A stretch of 64,000 bases of DNA. It comes from a virus. The stretch spans positions 3,079 to 67,078 of the IMG/VR virus record IMGVR_UViG_3300042922_000313. The stretch is one strand, 5' to 3'. The translations under genes and the position numbers were made by a program. The notes beneath the pieces were generated by a model. It had not been told where the DNA came from, ran no database searches, and saw only the letters and a list, made by a program, of their open reading frames with translations. The stretch's first letter is position 1, and every line of letters begins with the position of its first letter. Positions 42,846 to 52,225 of this stretch are shown here, one piece after another.

Positions 42846-43721
42846 TTGATTATCTTAGTAATTTCTGATATATTATATAATAATATAAGCAAAGGCATGG
42901 TGTTTAAAATGTTAAAGAATTGTATTTCATGCAATACAGTATATGAAGGAGATATTAATTCTGAATATTGCCCAAAATGTAGAAAAGAAAAATTATATAC
43001 TTTGTATAAGAATAATCCAGAAATGTCTAAGATAGTAAAAAACATAAACAATAATGATATTGTTAATGAAGAGTCAAGTAGAAACATTAACAAAGTGTTA
43101 TCTAATAAAAAAAGTGATTACGAAAAAACATGTATATATTGTAATAAAATATTTTCAGGAAAGAAAACATCTAAGTACTGTTCTAATGAATGTAGAAAAT
43201 CAAATCAAAATAATAAACAAAAAGTTAGAAAGCAAAAAGCACGAGACGATAAAAACAAAGAAGTGAATAAAACCAGAGAAATGAAAAAGTTTATTTCAAA
43301 GAACAATAAAAGTGGTTATCGTGGAGTTTATTTTGATCAAGCAAAACAAAAGTGGAGATCACAAATAAGATTTAATAATAAATGTTATAAACTCGGATTA
43401 CATGTTGAAAAAACCGATGCAATAAGAGCAAGACAAGAAGCTGAAATAAAATTTTATGGAAAGATATTAGACGATAGTGAAATCATAAAAAGTGAAAATA
43501 CTATTGGAAAATATATTAGTGAATTAACAGATGATCAGTTGATAAACATTTGTAATAGTCTATATGATTATTTGAATAATGATTTTGTTTTACTATATAA
43601 ACAGCAAAAAGATAGTTTGATGAATATTGAAATTTTAGAGAAAATAGTGTTACAAGAGTCAGAGAAAAGGTTTTATAAATTAAATAATATTAACAAAATA
43701 ATTACGAATTTAAAACGATAA
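42846..43721 (+). CDS. AP2-domain DNA-binding protein with Zn fingers
   Basis: NKSGYRGVYFDQAKQKWRSQIRFNNKCYKLG...AIRARQEAE AP2 motif; CxxC pairs; start probably about 42898. Confidence 0.75.
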   Translation: MIILVISDILYNNISKGMVFKMLKNCISCNTVYEGDINSEYCPKCRKEKLYTLYKNNPEMSKIVKNINNNDIVNEESSRNINKVLSNKKSDYEKTCIYCNKIFSGKKTSKYCSNECRKSNQNNKQKVRKQKARDDKNKEVNKTREMKKFISKNNKSGYRGVYFDQAKQKWRSQIRFNNKCYKLGLHVEKTDAIRARQEAEIKFYGKILDDSEIIKSENTIGKYISELTDDQLINICNSLYDYLNNDFVLLYKQQKDSLMNIEILEKIVLQESEKRFYKLNNINKIITNLKR

Positions 43722-44027
43722 TTTAATCAAATAACTATTCGATGATAGTGAAAAGCACTCATGGATATACTAAAACAATATTAAACTATAAATTAAGGAG
43801 TATCACCTATGGGTTGGAAAAATCTAATTGCTTCACACTATCAGATTAATAACATAAGTACTTTTAGCATCAAAGTATACAGAGGTAGTGAATATGATGA
43901 AGTAGTAACTAAGATTTCACCATTCGAGTATCAAATAGACACATATTTTAAAGGAACTGATATACTAACAGATAGCCATATAGAGTCTAATATTAAAGAA
44001 TATATTAAACTATAGGAGGTAGTTAGT

Positions 44028-45389
44028 ATGTTAGCTGAAACAATTAGTAATTTAAACGCAGTGGTTCAGGTAGCCGGAATCGGATTAGTATCATACGGAG
44101 CATATGCACTTTGGAATGTATTTGATAACACAGATAATAAGTTATGTGATTGGAGAGAATTAAAATCTTTAATGGGTGATGGCGTATCGCTTTCTAAGAA
44201 TGTTAGACTATCGGTTAAACAAAGTAACAATCACATTTGTATGATTGCTCCCTGTGAGAGTGGTAAAAGTAGAAGATTTATCATGCAAAACGTAAATAGG
44301 TTAAAAAATTGTAGTTTAATAGTTACTGATCCTTCAGGCGAAATTGAAAAAGCTTGTAATCCTATCAAGAAGAAGTATATATTAAACCCATTTAGTAACA
44401 ATACAATAGGTTATGATCCGCTTAAAAATTGTCATAGCGAATTCGAAGTACGTAAAATTGCAAATGTTATTTTGACAAATGGAATGAATGCATATAATAA
44501 AAATAACAAGAACAGTAATCAACAAGATTGGGTTTCAATGGCTACCCCTCTACTTACATCTTATATGCTAGTGAATTACCATACTAAAAAATATACGTTT
44601 TCAGATATGATACAAAATATCTGTACGATGAATATACTTCCAGTTGTTGTGGAAAAAGATAAAGATGGAAAACCCACAAAGATATTAAGATCACTTCAAC
44701 AAGAAATATTAGATAGTGGAGTAGAGAGTGCTATAATAGAATTTCTTTCTTTTAAACAAGTTGTTGGAGCACAAGAAACACTGTCTAGTATTCGCATTGT
44801 AATGAACAGTTGTTTACAATTGTTTTTAGATAGAAGTGTTAGAAAGATATTTGAAAAAGAAAATATTGATATTGCTAAATTAAGAACAGAAGAAAGTGTT
44901 GTATATATCCAAATTCCTGAACACCATGCAGATTATTTTTCACCCCTAATAGCAACATTTTTAACTCAAATATTTGATTTCATGCTTGAAAATGATGGAT
45001 TGGAAACTTATTTTCTTTTCGACGAAATGGCGAATAATGGGATTATAAATTCAATTTGTAAGATACTTAGTACAGCAAGAAAACACAATATGTCAATCAT
45101 AGCAGCAATACAGTCTTTGAATCAATTTTTCACTGTATACGGAGAATTAGAAGGAAAAGAGTTAATCGATTTATTTAAAACTATTATTGTGTGCAATGGC
45201 TTAAAAGATAGTGCCGAATATATTTCTACATTGCTTGGTACAAAGAAATATAAAGAAAACGATATAACAAAAACAGAGCCGCTTATGACACCAGATGAAG
45301 TAAGAAGATTGAGAGATAACGAAATACTTGTAATATGTAATAACAAACGTCCAGTAGTAGATAAAATGATGGATATAGTAGTGGGGTGA
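44028..45389 (+). CDS. TraG/VirD4-type T4SS coupling-protein-like ATPase
   Basis: N-terminal TM helix, IAPCESGKS Walker A-like, IVTDPSGE, YDPL, FLFDEMAN, ARKH..IQSLNQ..YG, LMTPDEVRRL. Confidence 0.8.
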   Translation: MLAETISNLNAVVQVAGIGLVSYGAYALWNVFDNTDNKLCDWRELKSLMGDGVSLSKNVRLSVKQSNNHICMIAPCESGKSRRFIMQNVNRLKNCSLIVTDPSGEIEKACNPIKKKYILNPFSNNTIGYDPLKNCHSEFEVRKIANVILTNGMNAYNKNNKNSNQQDWVSMATPLLTSYMLVNYHTKKYTFSDMIQNICTMNILPVVVEKDKDGKPTKILRSLQQEILDSGVESAIIEFLSFKQVVGAQETLSSIRIVMNSCLQLFLDRSVRKIFEKENIDIAKLRTEESVVYIQIPEHHADYFSPLIATFLTQIFDFMLENDGLETYFLFDEMANNGIINSICKILSTARKHNMSIIAAIQSLNQFFTVYGELEGKELIDLFKTIIVCNGLKDSAEYISTLLGTKKYKENDITKTEPLMTPDEVRRLRDNEILVICNNKRPVVDKMMDIVVG

Positions 45390-45393
45390 ACAT

Positions 45394-46014
45394 ATGGCTT
45401 ATAACAAATACAATAACAAGAATAGCAAAAATCAAAAATATAAGAAACCACTTCTGAGTAACAATGCAAAGTTTATGTTAACTTTGTCAGCATTAAGTAT
45501 AACAGCATTTAGTATATCTGGAATTGATTATTTACAAGAGCAAAAGGAATTAAATAGAACAGAATATCAACAGATGGCAAACGAAGTTGTATATACCGAT
45601 ACAAAAACAATAGAACAGATACAAGATGAAGTTATTAAAGATAATGCAAAACATTATTATGCTAGTGGAATAATGAATGAATATAGCAAAGCATTCACAT
45701 ATGAAGATTATGAGTCACTTAACGATAAATACGTTGATAAGTATTTGGAGATAACTGGAGAAGTGAACAAAACACACGAAACAACAATAGACGGACATTT
45801 TTTGACTTTGATAAATGATAACCCGATAAATAATGTTTCATCTTGGGGAAAGATATACTGCTATGTGGAAGATACTGAAGATAAAAAGATTTTTGAAAAC
45901 ATTAAATCTGGAGATAAAATAACTGTTATTGGGTATTGTGATAATGATAACTTGACATTTGATGTACAAGATTGTGACATAGTCAAGATAAATGGAAAGA
46001 AAATAAATAGATAA
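45394..46014 (+). CDS. Membrane-anchored OB-fold protein
   Basis: TM helix then KYVDKYLEITGEV...IKSGDKITVIG OB-fold pattern. Confidence 0.6.
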   Translation: MAYNKYNNKNSKNQKYKKPLLSNNAKFMLTLSALSITAFSISGIDYLQEQKELNRTEYQQMANEVVYTDTKTIEQIQDEVIKDNAKHYYASGIMNEYSKAFTYEDYESLNDKYVDKYLEITGEVNKTHETTIDGHFLTLINDNPINNVSSWGKIYCYVEDTEDKKIFENIKSGDKITVIGYCDNDNLTFDVQDCDIVKINGKKINR

Positions 46015-46274
46015 AGATTTGATATACAAAATAAAAGTACCATATAATACCATTTTTAAAATTAACATAGAATATATTAAACTTTACACGCAAAAGTGTT
46101 GACTCTTAAAATTTAATGTGCTATATTATATTTACAGAACAGATATAAAACATTAAATTAAAGGACGGTGATCAACATCTTGTTTAGGTACTGAAAAATT
46201 CAAAACAGAAGGAGATTATAAAAAATGCACGTTAATAACGATGATTCGAGTTGAAAATGAAGGAGAGATTATTT

Positions 46275-46679
46275 ATGACAAATAATACAAACGAACTAGC
46301 TTTAAAAAGAGGTGATGTGTACTGGGCTTCATTGCCGAGACTAGAGAATAGTAGAATTCAAGCAGGAGTTAGACCTGTAATTATAACATCAAACGAAATG
46401 GCATTAAAACATTCACCAGTAATTCAATATATCCCAGTTACAACAGAGTTAAAGAAAATTAATTTACCAGTGCATGTTACGCTGGACTCAACATTCTTTT
46501 TACATCCATCTATGGCACTAGTAGAGCAAGAAGGATGTATTGATAAGAACAGATTAATGGAGAAAATAGGCACACTGACTGAAGACGATATGTTACATAT
46601 CGATATGGCAATTATAACACAACGAGGAATAAATATATATGATATGATACGTAATACAAAACAGTACAGCTATGCATAA
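46275..46679 (+). CDS. mazF: PemK/MazF-family endoribonuclease toxin
   Basis: KRGDVYWASL...QAGVRPVIITSN...PVTT...LPVHV...EQ...IDK.RL; ATG at 46275 after AAGGAG. Confidence 0.8.
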   Translation: MTNNTNELALKRGDVYWASLPRLENSRIQAGVRPVIITSNEMALKHSPVIQYIPVTTELKKINLPVHVTLDSTFFLHPSMALVEQEGCIDKNRLMEKIGTLTEDDMLHIDMAIITQRGINIYDMIRNTKQYSYA

Positions 46680-46781
46680 TATAAATTAGATTATATATTA
46701 AACAGTACAACAATTGTTATTGACAAAGTAACAGTTGTTGTATTATTATGGTAATATATCATATTTTATAGGAGGATAAGT

Positions 46782-48041
46782 ATGAAAGTTGATGAATCAG
46801 ATTTGCGTTCAGTGTTGCGTGAAGCACTTGCAGATGCAAATAAGAAAAAAACATCGGCAGATAAAGCAAAAAAGCTTATGTATAACATGTACAATATAAC
46901 TGTAGGCGAAGCAGCATTTATATTAAACGGGAAAACCCCTCTGGAGTTAATGCAGAGAGATATGTTGTTTAAAGTAACAAATTCATTATACGAATTAAAT
47001 AAAAGAGTTGGTGCGACTTTTGATTTTGAGAAATTAGACGTAAATAAATATTTTACAGAAGATGAAAAAATAATTTATCACCAAGCAATAGATAGAAAAA
47101 AACAGGATAAAGATATTGTTATTAAAGCTGGTAATTGGATGAAAGTTGAAGATGATCAGTATGTTATAAAAATATATCCAGATGAATTATTGAGTGATTA
47201 TATTAATAGAGATAAGATTAATTACAATCCAGAAACTCAACGTTATTTAACGACATTAAGAACGAAAAGTGGAGAAGAAATTCAAGTTATTACTTTTGAT
47301 GAAGATGCCTGTGAAGATATATTTAACGAAATGTCTAATGGACTATATATTAGCAATGTATTAGCTTTAAATGTGAATCCAGATTATTATACTCCGCCTA
47401 GGATAGTAAATGGAAATATAGTTATTCCACATGATTCAGTTATAGATTGTATAGACGGATATCATAGACTAAGAGCTGCAATTAATACTAAGTTAAGAAA
47501 TCCAGATTGGAACCAACCACTAGTCTTCTTTTTGTTTATATGTGACGTACAAAAGGCTTGCAGATATATATTAGAAGAAGATAAGAAAATTCATTTAAGC
47601 AATGAACAGACCGAAAAATCAGATGAAACAAATGCAGTAAATTTTATAATAAAGAAATTGAATGATGATGTTCATTTTGCATTAAGGAATACGATTTCAG
47701 GTAACAAATATAATGTTGTAAATAAAACAATTGCAAAATTATTTAATCCAAATAAGTTATATACACAAGAAGATAGACAAGAAGCTGTTAAACTATATCA
47801 ATTAATTAAAAATAATATAAACTCATATATTGAAAACAATGATCTATATAAGCAAGAAATAACTAAGGAAAAATGGTTTATATTATTATATATTCTTAAT
47901 TATTGCAATGACAAAGAGATAGAATTTGTAGATTTTGTAGGTAAGTTTGATATTGATTTATTATCCAACCATATGAATTTTACCAATACGCCATCTGACA
48001 AACATTATAATATTTTGAAGGAGGCAATTGAAAATGTATAA
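46782..48041 (+). CDS. ParB/DndB-like DGxHR protein (SPbeta YopQ/SroF-like)
   Basis: YNPETQR and IDGYHR motifs; overlaps integrase-fold gene as in yopQ-yopR. Confidence 0.65.
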   Translation: MKVDESDLRSVLREALADANKKKTSADKAKKLMYNMYNITVGEAAFILNGKTPLELMQRDMLFKVTNSLYELNKRVGATFDFEKLDVNKYFTEDEKIIYHQAIDRKKQDKDIVIKAGNWMKVEDDQYVIKIYPDELLSDYINRDKINYNPETQRYLTTLRTKSGEEIQVITFDEDACEDIFNEMSNGLYISNVLALNVNPDYYTPPRIVNGNIVIPHDSVIDCIDGYHRLRAAINTKLRNPDWNQPLVFFLFICDVQKACRYILEEDKKIHLSNEQTEKSDETNAVNFIIKKLNDDVHFALRNTISGNKYNVVNKTIAKLFNPNKLYTQEDRQEAVKLYQLIKNNINSYIENNDLYKQEITKEKWFILLYILNYCNDKEIEFVDFVGKFDIDLLSNHMNFTNTPSDKHYNILKEAIENV

Positions 48042-48993
48042 CGAATCACAAAAAAGAAGGTATTTAAAATATTGCGCTGATATGTATGAACCAATGACTG
48101 TTGAATTAATCGAAAAAATATTTGCATCAACGGAAGAAGCGGAAACTCAATTTGAAAAGGATGTATGCGACTTTAACCCTGTAGATGCGGTCGAGTTTCT
48201 TAGGGGTTTGGGTTCAAAATCACGAAGAAGATTACAATCAACATGTATTAGGTTAAGCAAATACTATGAGTGGTGTAAAAATGTTGAACATTTAACAACT
48301 AATATTATTAATCCGTTTGATAGTAGAGGGATTGATATAGTAATCGATGGAATTATTCCATTAGAGGACTTAAATCAAAAATTCTTTACTAAACAGCGGT
48401 ATTTAGAAATGCTAAACGAAGTAGTTGATGTATCGAATAAATTTATTTCATATGCATTTTATTGCGGATTAACTAATGAAGAAATAGCAAATTTAAAGAT
48501 AGAAGATTTGGATTTTGATAACAATATGGTACATTTAGTTTCAGGAAGAGATTTAAAAGTTGACTCACTATTTAAAAATTTGATGATACAAACAAATGAT
48601 CAAACTCAGTATTTTCCAGATGGTATTGAAAAAGAAAACAGAAACAAAATGAACAATTACGCAGACAGTGAATATGTCGTAAGATCATGTGACAAAAATG
48701 TACTAGAACCTGTTTCAAAAGGGTATATTGCGGTAAGAGTTAGAGTAATAAAGGAGCAAATGGAAAATAATTTTGTTTCTATACCAACATTATATATTAA
48801 TGGATTAATTAATTATATAAAGGAACAATATGCAAAAAGGGATATAAATTTAAAATCAGTATTTCTGGATAAGGTTGATAGTAGAATATATAAACATGAC
48901 GAAGAAACACAGAAATATATTAATGAATTTGGATCACAAAAAACAGTTAGATTTTTACGAATGGAAATAAAAGATTATCTTGACTTGCTTTAA
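48028..48993 (+). CDS. mrpR: Integrase-fold lysogeny repressor (MrpR/YopR-like), probably catalytically inactive
   Basis: MYNE.QK.RYL N-terminus, FEKDVCDF, GLTNEEIANLKIED box-I region lacking Arg; no HxxR. Confidence 0.65.
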   Translation: MKMYNESQKRRYLKYCADMYEPMTVELIEKIFASTEEAETQFEKDVCDFNPVDAVEFLRGLGSKSRRRLQSTCIRLSKYYEWCKNVEHLTTNIINPFDSRGIDIVIDGIIPLEDLNQKFFTKQRYLEMLNEVVDVSNKFISYAFYCGLTNEEIANLKIEDLDFDNNMVHLVSGRDLKVDSLFKNLMIQTNDQTQYFPDGIEKENRNKMNNYADSEYVVRSCDKNVLEPVSKGYIAVRVRVIKEQMENNFVSIPTLYINGLINYIKEQYAKRDINLKSVFLDKVDSRIYKHDEETQKYINEFGSQKTVRFLRMEIKDYLDLL

Positions 48994-48999
48994 TATTTT

Positions 49000-49022
49000 T
49001 AGGTGGTTTTGTGCCACCTTTA
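49000..49022 (+). terminator. Terminator after repressor gene
   Basis: AGGTGG-tttt.t-CCACCT followed by TTT. Confidence 0.55.
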
Positions 49023-49127
49023 AATACATAGTATATAGAATATATTAAACACTACATTAAATATAAACCACAAAAATCACAGTATTTATAATTGAATTTA
49101 AAGATTATACGTGGTAAAATAAATATA

Positions 49128-49139
49128 GAACAAATGTTC
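49128..49139 (+). promoter_or_regulatory. Firmicute LexA (SOS) box
   Basis: GAACAAATGTTC just downstream of TTGAAT-17-TAAAAT promoter (49092-49120). Confidence 0.7.
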
Positions 49140-49229
49140 TTGTTTTTGCTAAACATTTAATAAGAAAGCGACATGATTTGTCTTAGTATCATGATAATAT
49201 AATTATGGGAAAATTAAGGAGGACATGGA

Positions 49230-49514
49230 ATGAGGAACGAGATGGCGCAGAGGGTGGTAGAGCAGCTTTTAATGAATTTAATTGTCAACAGCAACGTTAG
49301 GTACTTGATAACTGGGTGTTCACAGTTATTACATGCGGATCACCAGTACATAGTTCATAGGCTTAGAGCTGATATAGAAGAAGATAGAATGTGGTTTGGT
49401 GATGATAATATACCAGACTTACCAATTAGCCTAATTGAGGATGTTGATATAACAGATACTATTATTATGATTACTTTATCTGGCGGTGGATTCATTAAAA
49501 TGGAAGTAATTTAA
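49230..49514 (+). CDS. SOS-box-controlled hypothetical protein
   Basis: AAGGAGG SD; followed by hairpin TGGCAG..CTGCCA. Confidence 0.6.
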   Translation: MRNEMAQRVVEQLLMNLIVNSNVRYLITGCSQLLHADHQYIVHRLRADIEEDRMWFGDDNIPDLPISLIEDVDITDTIIMITLSGGGFIKMEVI

Positions 49515-49568
49515 GTAGCTAAAATGGCAGTCGCAATTGGCTGCCAATATTTTTATAAATTCTTAACA

Positions 49569-49616
49569 TAATATATATAAAACACAGTTGACAAATGAAT
49601 TTATATATGGTATTAT
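49569..49616 (+). promoter_or_regulatory. Sigma-A promoter with TAATATATATAAAAC box
   Basis: Box 49569-83, TTGACA 49588-93, 17 bp, TG-n-TATTAT 49611-16. Confidence 0.8.
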
Positions 49617-49873
49617 CTGTATATCAGATAAAGAGAGGAGAGGTGAACGGTGGTGAATACAAGTTGAATACAGAGGAATTAGGAAACGGTGATGAAAGAA
49701 TGCTCAGAGCATTTATCAGGCATAACGAAAAACTTATTAAGAAGCTAAAAGAAGACGACGGAGATATAAAACTGATCAATAAATATAGAGAAAACATCAA
49801 AATACATGAAAAACAGCTCGAAGAACTGAAGAAATGATACATAGAACAGAAGTCGCAATTGATGTTATTATTA

Positions 49874-49920
49874 GGACTAGATATAGTGGTTTAACAATAT
49901 TAAAATACTAGATACAGTAC
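49874..49920 (+). promoter_or_regulatory. Tandem NrdR boxes
   Basis: ggACTAGATATAGTgg and atACTAGATACAGTac, 31 bp apart, second one abutting the SD. Confidence 0.6.
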
Positions 49921-49939
49921 ATAGAAAGGAGAAATTTAG

Positions 49940-50617
49940 ATGATATTTGTAACAGGAGATACCCATTGTCCGATAGATATACATAAATTAAATAAGGAGA
50001 ATTTTAATGATTCACAATTAGCCAAAGATGCCTATATGATTATATGTGGAGATGCTGGATTTGTTTGGAGTGGTAGAGATAAAGAAGATCTATGGTGGCA
50101 GAACTGGATTGCACAAAAGAAATTTACTACATTATTTGTTGACGGAAATCACGAGAATCACAATAGACTAGATAGTATGCCAGTAGAAATATGGAATGGT
50201 GGTAAGATTCATAGATTAAATCATTCATTAATTCATCTTATGCGTGGTCAAGTTTATACTATTAATGGGTTAAAATTCTTTACTATGGGTGGAGCAGAAT
50301 CACATGATAAAGAACATAGAAAAGAAAATGTGTCATGGTGGAGTCGTGAAATGCCTTCAGAAGAAGAATATGAAGAAGCGTTAAGTAATTTAGATAAGAA
50401 TAATTGGGAAGTTGATTACGTAATAACTCATGCGGCTCCTGATAATATTCAACATAAATTATGTCCTTGGTATAATCACAATAAATTAAGTAATTTTCTA
50501 TTTACAGTGGATAAGGATTTGAAATTTAAACAGTGGTATTTTGGTCACTATCATGAAGATATGAAACTTGGTGAGTATCATACGCTGGTATATAATGAAG
50601 TGTTACAAGTGATATAA
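49940..50617 (+). CDS. Calcineurin-like metallophosphoesterase
   Basis: TGDTH, CGD, DGNHEN, ITH, FGHYH. Confidence 0.85.
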   Translation: MIFVTGDTHCPIDIHKLNKENFNDSQLAKDAYMIICGDAGFVWSGRDKEDLWWQNWIAQKKFTTLFVDGNHENHNRLDSMPVEIWNGGKIHRLNHSLIHLMRGQVYTINGLKFFTMGGAESHDKEHRKENVSWWSREMPSEEEYEEALSNLDKNNWEVDYVITHAAPDNIQHKLCPWYNHNKLSNFLFTVDKDLKFKQWYFGHYHEDMKLGEYHTLVYNEVLQVI

Positions 50618-50663
50618 AACCGAATAAGTTATGAGGTTGATGTTAAAATTAGAGAGGAGATAA

Positions 50664-51224
50664 ATGAAGGTTATATTTCTTGATATCGATGGAGTTTTAA
50701 ATGGATATAACAAATGGACGTATAGCGCAATAAACATTTCTAAAGCACTACATATTCCTGTAGGATTTATGAGAAATACGTTGAAAATATTTGAAGTAAA
50801 AGAACGATATGTTAAGCGGCTTAGTAAAATTGTTAAAAACACAGGGGCAAAAATAGTTATGTCGAGTTCTTGGAGGCATGGGTATTGGTATACTCCGTAT
50901 GAAGAAAAGTATTATGATCAGAAGAGATTACATGATTTACTAGACAAATATCATTTAGATGTAATTGATATTACACCAAGTAGTGACAATGGTAAACGTG
51001 AAAATGAAATAAATCAGTGGCTTAATCAAACCAATTTAATAGTAGACAGATTTGTTGTGCTCGATGATGAATCATATGATTTACAGTCTTTCGTAGATAA
51101 AGAATTAGTTAAAACTAGCAAGGTAATTGAAGGTAATATGATTCAAGGTTTAGCCTACGAAGATACTGGATTAAAAAGAAAACATGTTAAACAAGCGATA
51201 AAAATATTAAACAATAGAAATTAG
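50664..51224 (+). CDS. HAD phosphatase (Swiss-Army-knife RNA-repair HAD_SAK-like)
   Basis: IFLDIDGVLN, IVMSSSWR, RENEI..WL, FVVLDDE. Confidence 0.8.
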   Translation: MKVIFLDIDGVLNGYNKWTYSAINISKALHIPVGFMRNTLKIFEVKERYVKRLSKIVKNTGAKIVMSSSWRHGYWYTPYEEKYYDQKRLHDLLDKYHLDVIDITPSSDNGKRENEINQWLNQTNLIVDRFVVLDDESYDLQSFVDKELVKTSKVIEGNMIQGLAYEDTGLKRKHVKQAIKILNNRN

Positions 51225-51250
51225 ACTGATAGCGAGATTAAGAAAGGAGA

Positions 51251-51843
51251 ATGAATTTGAAATATATTATAACAGATGGTAGCAATTATATTACATATGT
51301 TAAAACTGGAATAACGGTGTGTGGTAATATAAAAACAGCATATAAGTTTGAAAAAGAAAAGGCTGATAATGTGATGAAGTCAATACCAAAAACGATGAAA
51401 AAATTTAATTGGAAGGTAATTGAATATACAGAAGATAAGAAACAAGAAATTGAAACTTCAGTTGATATGAAAAAATTTGATGGTTTAACAGATCATATTT
51501 TAGAGAGAATGATGGATTGGGAAGGTTATATAAAACAATTAAAAGAATATATGGCTGTATTTTAATTGATTCTGAGTTGTTAAAAGTAAAATCAGAAATA
51601 CAAGATATAGAACACGCTGCTGAATTTTTTGATTTAGATATGTTTAAAGCGTGGAAACTGTATAAGATGCTTCAGGCTTCTCGTAGAAAACGAAGAAAAC
51701 TAAAAGAAGAAAAGGCTAAAATACAATACATATTAGATAGTAATTTTCAAGATTGCACAAAGAATGCTATTAGTAATTATATTAATAGTTACAATAACCA
51801 GACATATATACCAAGGGTTTATCAAGAGTTATTTAATCAATAA
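51251..51843 (+). pseudogene. Hypothetical gene apparently split by a -1 frameshift
   Basis: 51251-51565 stops at GTA-TTT-TAA; the -1 frame continues LIDSELLKVKSEIQDIEH... to 51843 without a convincing SD-start pair of its own. Confidence 0.45.
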
Positions 51844-52225
51844 TATTAACAAAATAAATATAAAACAAAGAAAGGAATATAATTATGTGGCGTTGTGCAA
51901 AATGTGGAGCCACTTATGAGAATGTAGTAGAAGTAAAGAACGAGAGAGATAACGAAGAGAAGCAAGAATCATGTGATATATATATTTTCAATGACCATAC
52001 TGATAAAACATTTGAATTATTTGAGCAGATGTTTGAGGAAGGAGGAAATGTATGATTCAGACTGATTTTGGATTATGGTATCAATTAGCACAAGTGGTAT
52101 GCTGGGGAGTTATTGGATCAGGTGCTATAGTAGCTATATCTGATGCAATTAAGAAAAGAAAGAATAGTAAGTAATACATAATGTTAGACCAAATAGTGTT
52201 TCTATCTCAAAAATAAAGGAGAACA

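Noticed and set aside
48028-48993. Second active integrase
   Set aside because: Catalytic Arg and HxxR not found; better explained as an MrpR-like repressor
39439-49514. Arbitrium (aimR/aimP) system
   Set aside because: No TPR-type receptor or signal-peptide micro-ORF recognised in this window
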